From positions 118,771-182,770 of the forward strand of contig JACKFR010000002.1 in NCBI GenBank assembly GCA_020632375.1: a stretch of 64,000 nucleotides of DNA. Direction: 5' to 3'. The translations under genes and the position numbers were made by a program. The notes beneath the pieces are model-generated. The model was not told the DNA's origin. It made no database searches and was given only the letters and a program-made list of their open reading frames with translations. Positions 45,475 to 53,744 of this stretch are shown piece after piece. This DNA comes from Candidatus Nomurabacteria bacterium. GTDB taxonomy: Bacteria; Patescibacteriota; Dojkabacteria; SC72; JAHDCA01. Position 1 is the first letter of the stretch, and each line of letters opens with the position of its first letter.

Positions 45475-46247
45475 TCTGGTTTAATCAAAAAATTAGGCCG
45501 TCGAAGTCCGTTTCTATTTTGCTCATAATCTCTTAAAAGGCATTCAAGTGTCCAGCATTTCCCATTTTTGTCGACCTCACGCCATTGTTGGTCTTTGAGG
45601 TCTTTTTCAGGATCTGTAATAACGATCTCGCCGAATTTGACGCCATTGTCTTTTTGGTATGCAGGAGACGAGTGGACATAAGTCACTTGCTTCAATGAAT
45701 TAGATTCGTCTCTTGTTGTACTGTAAATAATTGCCAAGTGATCTCCTCTTTTAACCCCTTTTAATCTGATAAGATCGCCTGGGCTTATCTGATTAAGCTT
45801 GATTGGGGTTGAGTTCTTTTCGTTTGTAAGGTCGTTAGCACTTATATTCTCAATTGGTCTTATTCTTCTTATGATGCTGCGATAAAAAGAAGTCTCTTTA
45901 AATTGCAGCTTGTTTACAAGATTGCCTCTATCAGATGATTTGAGCCATTTATCATAAATATGTGCTGCAAAGCCTGAGCAATCAACACCAATACCTTGAA
46001 GTATCATAAAGTCTCGGATCTCTTCTTCTGATTTCCCTTCTAAAATAAAGCCTCTTAGTTTTGAGTAAATGAGAGTTTCTTCAACAATTTCAGAAGGTAG
46101 ACCCTTTCCTACAAGAGATCTCAGCTCGGCGCGAATTCTCTTAACATTTCTATAATATGGTGCCCGCACAGTGCAACTATTTATTTGGAGATTTAGATAT
46201 TCGTGAACAAGATCTTTAACTGGTTTTGGTACTTCATCAACAATCAT
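45471..46247 (-). CDS. cytoplasmic NlpC/P60-like papain-fold enzyme
   Basis: No signal peptide or TM helix. The catalytic-type Cys context is GVDCSGFAAHIY, followed by PGDLIRL...GDHLAIIY...YVHSS (the Cys-His-His order of NlpC/P60). A 4-nt ATGA overlap links it to mraY. Confidence 0.62.
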   Translation of the reverse strand: MIVDEVPKPVKDLVHEYLNLQINSCTVRAPYYRNVKRIRAELRSLVGKGLPSEIVEETLIYSKLRGFILEGKSEEEIRDFMILQGIGVDCSGFAAHIYDKWLKSSDRGNLVNKLQFKETSFYRSIIRRIRPIENISANDLTNEKNSTPIKLNQISPGDLIRLKGVKRGDHLAIIYSTTRDESNSLKQVTYVHSSPAYQKDNGVKFGEIVITDPEKDLKDQQWREVDKNGKCWTLECLLRDYEQNRNGLRRPNFLIKPE

Positions 46248-46283
46248 ATTTCGACTAGTCTATCAAATGTTTTGTCTTTGTGT

Positions 46284-47681
46284 CTATGACAATTTTGTAA
46301 TGCCTTGCTGCATCTTTTTAATGGCTTTATGGAACTTTTTCTCGATTTTTCCATCTTGATTAATTATGCTCTCTTTGGCTTGGATTCTACCAACTTCGCT
46401 ATTGGGGGAAATAGTACGTTTCTTTTCGGCGTACAGAACCAAAAATTCATTCTCCTCTTGAATGTGATCTATTGAGTAACCACTTCTGACCCATCCATTT
46501 TGATTATAGACTCCAGATTCAATCTTCTTTTTAACCTTTTCTTCTTGGTTAGAAGTATTGCGCAATATAATCTGAGACGCCTCAATTGGCTTAATAGAAG
46601 CTATGTTAAGATCTTGAATAAACGCAGTCATTTCTGCTGGCTTTAAGTTCTGACCCGTTTTTTGGTTAATGAAATTTAAGTATTCTGCATCGCTTGCGAA
46701 AAGAAATTCTGAAATATGAAGTAAGTGAAAAGGAATAAGTTTATGCTGTAGCATAATTTTGTTATGCATGCTTATCGAAGCGACTGGCCGGGCATTAACT
46801 TCAATTACAAAAACTTCTCCCCCATCGTCAATTATAAAATCGACTCCAAAAATCCCACTGTAATTTGCTTTGTACATCTCACTACCGATCCGTCTTGTCA
46901 TTTCGGTTACTTGATTTATTGTCGATGAATCAAGATGTTTTGATGCACTCCAGTCATTTCCCACCGTTCCTCCCTCCATTTTTGTAAGCCCTTTGATTCC
47001 GGTAATCTGCTTGGATAGACCACCGTAGGCAATTCCAAATCTCGTGACACAAGCATTTATTGTCCAAGCTGTTCCTGAGATCATTTTTGCGGTTCTTACA
47101 ATCCGTTTAGGGAATTCTCTTGCAAGTGATCTTAGTTGAGCTTCTTCTCTTATAAAGATAGTTCCTCCACCAGTGTGTCCTCTATCAAATTGGATTACAA
47201 ATGGTAAGCCGAATTCCTTAGAAATAATGTCGAAGTTTAGGTTTTGTAAGCTTGAGATAATTGTTTCTGGAAATCGTATACCAGGCAGACTGAGGCTTTG
47301 GTATTGACTTATTTTAAGTTCAAATTTGCGATTGAGTTTGGAAGAAGTATTGAGAAGGTTATAACCAAGTTTCTCGCAAGTTCGTTCAATATTTGGTGCG
47401 ACTTTAAAGACCATAATTGATGGCTCCGACTGTTCAGAGGTATTCCTTTTTATATATTCTTGAGCTTTTGGGTTTTGTAATAAGACGTTGGTGTTCCGTT
47501 TAATTGGGTTTGGATTGTCTAGCTCTTCAGATAGGGAAAAAATCTTAACGTTTTTCTCACGCATTGCTTCAACAATGTCACCGCCATCTATACAAACAAT
47601 ATGAAAATTCGGAAGCAACCTTTCTAATCCTAAGGCTCTTTCAGGATCAGTACAGAAGAAGAATATGGTTGGTTCTGACAT
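46284..47681 (-). CDS. ATP-grasp family ligase (unassigned subfamily)
   Basis: 465 aa. Central ATP-grasp pattern (GLPFVIQFDRGHTGGGTIFI; SGIFGVDFIIDDGGEVFVIEVNARP). It has no D-Ala-D-Ala ligase N-terminal pattern. Confidence 0.7.
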   Translation of the reverse strand: MSEPTIFFFCTDPERALGLERLLPNFHIVCIDGGDIVEAMREKNVKIFSLSEELDNPNPIKRNTNVLLQNPKAQEYIKRNTSEQSEPSIMVFKVAPNIERTCEKLGYNLLNTSSKLNRKFELKISQYQSLSLPGIRFPETIISSLQNLNFDIISKEFGLPFVIQFDRGHTGGGTIFIREEAQLRSLAREFPKRIVRTAKMISGTAWTINACVTRFGIAYGGLSKQITGIKGLTKMEGGTVGNDWSASKHLDSSTINQVTEMTRRIGSEMYKANYSGIFGVDFIIDDGGEVFVIEVNARPVASISMHNKIMLQHKLIPFHLLHISEFLFASDAEYLNFINQKTGQNLKPAEMTAFIQDLNIASIKPIEASQIILRNTSNQEEKVKKKIESGVYNQNGWVRSGYSIDHIQEENEFLVLYAEKKRTISPNSEVGRIQAKESIINQDGKIEKKFHKAIKKMQQGITKLS

Positions 47682-47718
47682 CGGCGATTAATATTTAAGT
47701 TTCAGTCCTTAATGTAGT

Positions 47719-48738
47719 TTACCGTGTTCCTGTAATTATACAAATAGGGTTTTTAAGGGGATATTTATTTTGGGTAGCCTTCTCTAATGCGGCGATTGTC
47801 ATTGCTCCTTCTATTGAGCTATTTATGCCAGCTTTTTGAAGCAGGTCTTGAGCTTTAATCGATTCTTCATCTGAAACTACCCATCCGCTTCCCCCAGTTT
47901 CTTTAATGGCTTTTATCGCTTCTACTTTTCTGTGTGCGATTCGGTCAACAATACTGCTGATAATAGAGCTTTCTTTTGGCTCGAATGATTTATCAAATTC
48001 TCTTGCGATTGGGTTTACTGCTTCTGACTGAACAATATGGATTTCGGGAATTTTTTCTATTTCTCCTTCTTCCAGAAGGTCTTTGTAACCGAGATAGATT
48101 CCGTACGCTGTCGTTGCGCTTGAAGTTGGAATAAAAATCTGATCACCTCGACCCGCTAACTCATAGGAAATTGTTTTAGGCCCTTGTAATGCATATGGAT
48201 CTGTTGAGCCTCTGAGTAAAATTGAATTTGTTTGATTTGCGAATTTAATAGATTCAGAGACTGGTTTGGCTGTAAATGCAATTTTAATATTGTCTAAATT
48301 TATATCGGCTGAAGGTGCTTTGGGCGATTCAATCTGTATGTTTAATGTTTGTGAAAGCCTTTCAAGCTTTCTTTGAGAAATATTTTTACTTAAGAATATT
48401 TTCAGAGATATTTTAGGATTATTTTTTAGAATATATGCAGCACTGATAAGCGAGTTGCCAGAAGAAGAGATGGAGAAGCTTTTGGCACCATCCTGGAGAT
48501 GAGCAGAAATCTGGTATAGAAGGCTGCGATCTTTGTGTGAACCCGTTGGGTTTAGGTCTTCTCGTTTAAATTTTAAATGGTTTATGCCTATGCTATGATA
48601 CAAAGCATCACTCACTTCAAGTGGAGTTTCTCCGCATTCATTTTCAAGCATATATTCTGGCTTGATTATAGGGTTAAATCTTGTGCTGTATTTCCAGATG
48701 CTCACACTATGGACTCGTGATATAATTTGGTAGTACAT
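47719..48738 (-). CDS. threonine-synthase-like fold-type II PLP enzyme
   Basis: The PLP-lysine motif is DLNPTGSHKDRS. Also present are SSSGNSLISAAY and LRGSTDPYALQGPKTISYEL (compare NP.R.EGQKT in ThrC). Confidence 0.72.
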   Translation of the reverse strand: MYYQIISRVHSVSIWKYSTRFNPIIKPEYMLENECGETPLEVSDALYHSIGINHLKFKREDLNPTGSHKDRSLLYQISAHLQDGAKSFSISSSGNSLISAAYILKNNPKISLKIFLSKNISQRKLERLSQTLNIQIESPKAPSADINLDNIKIAFTAKPVSESIKFANQTNSILLRGSTDPYALQGPKTISYELAGRGDQIFIPTSSATTAYGIYLGYKDLLEEGEIEKIPEIHIVQSEAVNPIAREFDKSFEPKESSIISSIVDRIAHRKVEAIKAIKETGGSGWVVSDEESIKAQDLLQKAGINSSIEGAMTIAALEKATQNKYPLKNPICIITGTR

Positions 48739-48766
48739 TCTACATATAATTTAGCCTTAAATATAT

Positions 48767-49018
48767 ATGTCAGATGATATGAATAGCATGATCAACGATA
48801 GTGCTTCTGACCAAAGTTCAGGAGTAACAAAAAGGACAGATGATAACGGAAATGTTCTTTTAGAGTGCCCTGAATGCAGCAATGATATTGTAATGGATGC
48901 TGACCGAGACTATATCATTGGTGATATCCTTGAATGTCAATTCTGCGGAACAGAGGTAGAGATTGTTTCTATGGATGATGCAGGCGTTGAAATAGAAATA
49001 GTCGAGGAAGAAAAGTAA
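48767..49018 (+). CDS. LysW-like zinc-ribbon protein (candidate amino-group carrier protein)
   Basis: 83 aa. LLECPECSNDIVMDADRDYIIGDILECQFCGTEVEIVSMDDAGVEIEIVEEEK parallels, from memory, the LysW pattern CPxC...GE(I/V)(V/L)xCxxCGxE(L/V)E(V/I)V with an acidic tail. The canonical C-terminal EDWGE is absent. The first roughly 28 residues are low-complexity, so the start is uncertain. Confidence 0.5.
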   Translation: MSDDMNSMINDSASDQSSGVTKRTDDNGNVLLECPECSNDIVMDADRDYIIGDILECQFCGTEVEIVSMDDAGVEIEIVEEEK

Positions 49019-49128
49019 TGCCGTCTCAACGTAATTTCCAAGTTAATGATAAAATTGGCACTTTTCCAGCGCTGACAGAGCTTGGAGTTAAAAACTTCGT
49101 TACATTTTGAAATGATTATTGGGGGTCG

Positions 49129-49857
49129 ATGAGATCCTCAGTTCCAGATGTTTCTAAAAAGTATTTAGAACTTTATCAGGCAGCTAAGATACCGTTAAGC
49201 ACACCAATAGCGTATATGCTTACAAAGCATATAGATGGCGTGCAGTTTTTAACCAGAGAGAATGTATTTATTTTGAAAAGATTTCAGTCAATTACTTTTA
49301 TACCTGAAGAAAAGGGTTTAATCGGTTTTTATGTTGATACCGATGCAATTATTACTAAACAGAAGATTTCGCTTGGGGTGGCCGTTGGAGATTGCTCTGT
49401 TATCGTGGCAACAGCAGTAGATAGAAAAGATTCTAAAAGGTTTGTAATTTTTGTACACTCTGGATTTTCCGGTGCAATTCTAAACGTTGTAGGTAAAGCA
49501 ATTGATGCTGCGCACACTCAGTATCAATTTGATAATTCGGATCTGGTTTGTGCGATATATCCTTCTATTTCAGGTAAGAACTACAAGAGAGGTTTGAGTT
49601 ATTTAGAAGAGATACAAAAGGCTGGTTTAGATTTTAGAAGTGAATTTCTAATTCCTGTGTCTGAGACAGAAGCTGGCTTTGATTTCCAGGCTAAGATTGT
49701 TTCAGATTTGAAGGATAAAGGAGTTGAAGTAATAAATGTTTCTGGTTTAGACACATACGAAGAAAACCGTAATAGAAATCTTTATTCACTTACATATGCA
49801 AAGGAGAATAACCTTAGCTTAGATAATAGATTTCTCGTTTGCGTTTCTTTAGGGTAG
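49129..49857 (+). CDS. pgeF: PgeF/YfiH (DUF152, peptidoglycan editing factor) family protein; the N-terminus is probably encoded upstream of an in-frame TGA
   Basis: VGDCSVIV (compare ADC.P), VHSGFSGAI (compare HAGWRG) and a C-terminal CV context. Relative to E. coli YfiH, about 39 N-terminal residues are missing. The in-frame segment 49018-49107 supplies a matching piece. Confidence 0.7.
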   Translation: MRSSVPDVSKKYLELYQAAKIPLSTPIAYMLTKHIDGVQFLTRENVFILKRFQSITFIPEEKGLIGFYVDTDAIITKQKISLGVAVGDCSVIVATAVDRKDSKRFVIFVHSGFSGAILNVVGKAIDAAHTQYQFDNSDLVCAIYPSISGKNYKRGLSYLEEIQKAGLDFRSEFLIPVSETEAGFDFQAKIVSDLKDKGVEVINVSGLDTYEENRNRNLYSLTYAKENNLSLDNRFLVCVSLG

Positions 49858-49861
49858 TATT

Positions 49862-52456
49862 CTAGATCTTGTTTATCGTCAGCTTTTTATTTTGGATATC
49901 TACTTTGATCTTGTCTCCTTCTGAGAAATCTCCGGCAAGCATTTTCTCTGCCAACAGATTCTCTATCTCTCGTTGGATGACCCGCTTCATAGGTCTTGCA
50001 CCAAATTCTGGTTGGAATGCTGTTTCTGCTATGTATTCAGCAACTTTCGGCGCAAATTCAATCTCAATACCCTGTCCTTTAAGTAATTGTTTGGTGTCTT
50101 CAAGCAAAATATTGGCTATATTAACAAGTTGTTTCTTTTCAAGCGCCTTAAAGACAATAACATCATCGAGCCGGTTCAAAAACTCTGGCTTGAAATGGGT
50201 TTTAAGTAAATCCATTAGCTGTTTGACTAGCTCTTCCCAGTCTTTTTCTTTGCTATCTAGCTCCATATACCCCATTATCTTATCTGCACCTATATTGCTT
50301 GTGGCAATGATAATTGTGTTTTTGAAATCGACGGTTCTTCCTTTAGAATCAGTTAGTCTGCCGTCGTCCAGAACTTGCAATAGGGTATTGAAAACATCTG
50401 GATGGGCTTTTTCGATTTCGTCTAAAAGAATCACTGAATAAGGTTTTCTCCTGACTGCCTCGGTCAGCTGACCACCTTCTTCGTGTCCAACATACCCTGG
50501 CGGAGAGCCTATCATTCGCGAAACAGAATGTTTTTCCATATACTCGCTCATATCCAGTCTAACCATTGCGTTTTCATCGCCGAAAACCTGTTGTGCGAGA
50601 GTCTTTGCAAGAAGGGTCTTTCCTACACCGGTTGGGCCGAGAAATAGAAATGAAGCGATTGGTTTATTAGGGTCTTTGAGACCGACTCTTGCTCTGCGAA
50701 TTGCCTCGGAGACAGCTTTCACAGCCTTCTCCTGCCCTACGACACGTTCATGAAGAAACTCTTCTAAATTCAGAAGTCTTTCACGCTCTTCTTTTTTGAG
50801 ATCTGTTATAGGAACTCCGGTAATTCTTGAGACGACTTCTGCAATATCATCTGATGTAACTGTCGGAGTACCTGTACCTCTAGTCTTTTTCCATTCATCT
50901 TCGATTGGTTGAAGCTCTTCTTTCTTTTTTTCAATATCTACTTTTATTTTTGCACTTTCTTCGTGGTTTCCTGCTCGGCTTAATGACTCTCTTTCTTTTT
51001 CAAGCTTTTCAATTTCAGATTTTAACTGGCGAACGTTTTCTGGTTCTGAAGTCGATTCTAGCCGGACTTTGCTTGCAGATTCGTCTATTAAATCAATCGC
51101 TTTGTCAGGCAAAAATCTATCCTTTATATATCTTGATGAAAGATGTGCTGCAGAGTCTATTGCTTCTGGTTCAATTTTAACTTTGTGATGGGCTTCATAG
51201 CTGTCTCTTAAACCGTGCAAGATTTCAACAGTCTGCTCTACAGAAGGCTCATTTACTAAAACTGGCTGAAATCTTCTCTCTAAAGCAGCATCCTTCTCAA
51301 TATACTTTTTGTACTCGTTTAAGGTTGTTGCTCCAATAACTTGCATTTCGCCTCTTGCGAGAGCGGGCTTAAGCATATTTGAAAGATCCATCTGTCCTTC
51401 TTGTGCTCCGGAGCCTACAATTGTATGAAGTTCATCAATGAAAAGGATTATGTCTCGATCAGCCTTGTTTAATTCTTCAATCACTTTCTTTGCTCTCTTC
51501 TCAAACTCTCCCCTGAATTTAGAGCCTGCGACTAGACCTGCAATGTCTAATTCTTTGATTGATTTACCTTTTAAGATGTCAGGTACATCCCCTTTTGAGA
51601 TTCTGTAAGCTAGACCTTCTGCAATGGCTGTTTTGCCTACGCCAGGTTCTCCTATTAAAACGGGGTTGTTCTTTTTTCTTCGAGAAAGTATTTGGATTAC
51701 ACGGGTTATTTCATCTGATCTCCCTATCACGGGATCTATCTTTCCTGTTTTCGCAAGAAGAGTGAGGTCACGTGAAAACTGATCTAAAGTCGGAGTAGTT
51801 GATTTCTGTGCAGCTGCCTCGCCTTCTTTGTCTCCTTCGCCTACTATTTTGAGAACAGCTTGCCTTGCTTGGGTGTGATTTACACCATATTTCGAAAATA
51901 GCTGTGCTGCAAGACCTTCTCCTTCCCTTATTAGACCCAGTAGTATATGCTCTCCACCAACATAATTGTGTCCAAGCTCCATAGCTTCCTGAAAAGCAAG
52001 CCTTAAAACCTGCTTTGCTCTTGGTGATAAGCCTGGTGTGCTTACTTCATCGCCTCCTTCAGACATTTGTGCTTTTACCTGTTCTATTAAAGTATCTTTA
52101 TCTACCTTTAGCTCTTGAAATACTCTATCTACTACATCGTCGCTTTCAGCAATACCAAGGAGTAAGTGCTCTGTGTCGATATTTTTGTTGTTTCTCTCTA
52201 TTGCTTCTGTTGCTGCAGCCTGAATTGCTTCATTGGCTCGTTCAGAAAAATATTGTGTAATATCAACTTCTTCGGAAGATCGACTTTGAGGCTGTGGGTC
52301 GAAGCTATCATCTTGTCCAAAAAAACTTTCAAACATGCTCCCTCTTTGCCCTTGAGAAGCACAGACAGAACAGAGGTTTTGAACTCTTTTTTGGCCATTA
52401 ATAATATGGGTAACCTGTGTTGTTGCAGGTCTGAGATTGCAGTTCTCACATACCAT
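49862..52456 (-). CDS. clpC: Clp/Hsp100 AAA+ chaperone, ClpC-type, with an N-terminal McsA-like zinc ribbon
   Basis: Two Clp_N repeats and two AAA+ modules (GEPGVGKTA; GPTGVGKT). It has a short coiled-coil middle domain and the [16 protein letters not shown] segment. The N-terminus has a CxxC...CxxC ribbon. Confidence 0.9.
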   Translation of the reverse strand: MVCENCNLRPATTQVTHIINGQKRVQNLCSVCASQGQRGSMFESFFGQDDSFDPQPQSRSSEEVDITQYFSERANEAIQAAATEAIERNNKNIDTEHLLLGIAESDDVVDRVFQELKVDKDTLIEQVKAQMSEGGDEVSTPGLSPRAKQVLRLAFQEAMELGHNYVGGEHILLGLIREGEGLAAQLFSKYGVNHTQARQAVLKIVGEGDKEGEAAAQKSTTPTLDQFSRDLTLLAKTGKIDPVIGRSDEITRVIQILSRRKKNNPVLIGEPGVGKTAIAEGLAYRISKGDVPDILKGKSIKELDIAGLVAGSKFRGEFEKRAKKVIEELNKADRDIILFIDELHTIVGSGAQEGQMDLSNMLKPALARGEMQVIGATTLNEYKKYIEKDAALERRFQPVLVNEPSVEQTVEILHGLRDSYEAHHKVKIEPEAIDSAAHLSSRYIKDRFLPDKAIDLIDESASKVRLESTSEPENVRQLKSEIEKLEKERESLSRAGNHEESAKIKVDIEKKKEELQPIEDEWKKTRGTGTPTVTSDDIAEVVSRITGVPITDLKKEERERLLNLEEFLHERVVGQEKAVKAVSEAIRRARVGLKDPNKPIASFLFLGPTGVGKTLLAKTLAQQVFGDENAMVRLDMSEYMEKHSVSRMIGSPPGYVGHEEGGQLTEAVRRKPYSVILLDEIEKAHPDVFNTLLQVLDDGRLTDSKGRTVDFKNTIIIATSNIGADKIMGYMELDSKEKDWEELVKQLMDLLKTHFKPEFLNRLDDVIVFKALEKKQLVNIANILLEDTKQLLKGQGIEIEFAPKVAEYIAETAFQPEFGARPMKRVIQREIENLLAEKMLAGDFSEGDKIKVDIQNKKLTINKI

Positions 52457-52526
52457 TTTCTGGGTTTTAAAAATTTAATTTAGATACGACCTTTTTTCAA
52501 ACGTCTAATTTTAGCAGAGAACATCT

Positions 52527-53744
52527 TTAAGTGCCAGATGATTTTCGAGAAAGGTTTTCAGACTCTAGATTAAGATCCTTCATTATTTTTTCCACAGCAT
52601 CGGTTCTGTAATTCTTTTCTAGTTTACTCTCATCTATACGAAGTCTGCCAGATCTAATTTTTTGGTTGAGACGCTTTAGTTCATTAAAGAGCCTTTCGGC
52701 AGTTAATTCTCCTTCGGGAAGAATCTTTCCAAGTCCGACATCTACTAAGCTTTGGGCATTCTTATTTTGTTCATCATGAGTTACCCATGGGATTGGGATT
52801 AAAATGGAGGGTTTTCTCATGAGTCCCATCTCATAAACAAAATTGGCGCCAGCGCGCCCAACATAGATGTCTATATTCTTAAAGATGTAGCCAATCTGGT
52901 TTGCAGGAATAAATTTCACAGGTAGAAAACGATCTTGGAGACTTTCAGGAAGTTTTTTCTTCTCTTTAAGAAGGATTTCATAATCTCGATTAACTTTGTT
53001 GTCGCCAGTTTGCAATATCACTTGAAAATCTTCGACTAGATAGCGCAGCATCTGCCGGGTTATTATATTGAGCAAGTGCGATCCTTGCCCACCGCCAGCA
53101 ATGAGAACTATTGGGAAAGTTTCTTTTTCAGGAAGCATTTTTTTTACAGCAGATATTGTTTCGCCTTTCCCTTTATCACTAAAGATAGCTTTCCTTACTG
53201 CATTGCCGACTTGAAGAGCTTTCCCTTTGGGCAGATATTGTGCGGATTGAGGGAATGTTGTGTAAACTCTTTTTGCAAACCTAGACGCAATCTTATTTGT
53301 AAGTCCAATTGCTGCAGTTTGCTCATGTATATACACAGGAATTTTTTTAATCCAGCCTACAAATGCAACCGGTACTGTTACGAATCCTCCTGTAGATACA
53401 ATTATATCTGGCTTGAAGTCGTTGATTACTTTTCTTGCGTCAATAACTCCTCCCAAAACCCCAAAGACTTTTTTAATTGTGTCTAGACTAAGATATCTCT
53501 GGAGTTTTCCAGCTCTTATTGAAACAAATGGAATATCGCTACTGCTGACAATTTTCTCTTCAAGGCTCTCTGCTTCTTTTTCGCCTGACATGCCAAGATT
53601 GCTTCCGACATACAAAATCTGGTCAAGCACATTTGAATATCTATCTCTTAAGCCATCAATTATCGCTGTTGCAGCTGAAATATGTCCACCAGAGCCTCCA
53701 CCAGTAAATAAGATTTTCTTTTTAAGAGTGCTTTTTTTCGACAA
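52527..53744 (-). CDS. murG: undecaprenyldiphospho-muramoylpentapeptide beta-N-acetylglucosaminyltransferase
   Basis: ILFTGGGSGGHISAA, STGGFVTVP, IHEQTAAIGLTNK, AGGGQGS and GRAGANFVYE. Confidence 0.9.
   Translation of the reverse strand: MSKKSTLKKKILFTGGGSGGHISAATAIIDGLRDRYSNVLDQILYVGSNLGMSGEKEAESLEEKIVSSSDIPFVSIRAGKLQRYLSLDTIKKVFGVLGGVIDARKVINDFKPDIIVSTGGFVTVPVAFVGWIKKIPVYIHEQTAAIGLTNKIASRFAKRVYTTFPQSAQYLPKGKALQVGNAVRKAIFSDKGKGETISAVKKMLPEKETFPIVLIAGGGQGSHLLNIITRQMLRYLVEDFQVILQTGDNKVNRDYEILLKEKKKLPESLQDRFLPVKFIPANQIGYIFKNIDIYVGRAGANFVYEMGLMRKPSILIPIPWVTHDEQNKNAQSLVDVGLGKILPEGELTAERLFNELKRLNQKIRSGRLRIDESKLEKNYRTDAVEKIMKDLNLESENLSRKSSGT

Noticed and set aside
49108-49110. Genome-wide TGA reassignment (code 4 or 25, as in some CPR lineages) as the explanation for the in-frame TGA in the PgeF-like gene
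   Set aside because: Under the standard code, every long conserved gene in the window is intact and of normal length except ftsW, which is split by frame-shifting insertions rather than by a simple in-frame TGA. Several end at TGA where homologues end, for example the hydrolase at 40673-40675, the MurF-like gene at 42103-42105 and the ORF ending at 1943. TGA therefore behaves as a stop here, and the single in-frame TGA is a local event.
49869-50441. Long antisense ORFs nested inside strongly supported genes: 49869-50441 in clpC, 62439-62978 in capA, 60992-61495 in the K/E-rich tail, 53076-53805 in murG, 44546-45055 in mraY, 9950-10321 in thrS, and many ORFs of 60-110 aa
   Set aside because: They lie fully inside genes with clear family motifs on the other strand. 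Their composition is low-complexity (S/L/F-rich), as expected for the antisense of K/E-rich coding sequence in AT-rich DNA. No recognisable motifs were seen.
52457-52526. Possible CtsR or CIRCE operator upstream of clpC
   Set aside because: Only a single AGGTCGT-like heptad is present. There is no tandem GGTCAAA repeat or CIRCE inverted repeat.
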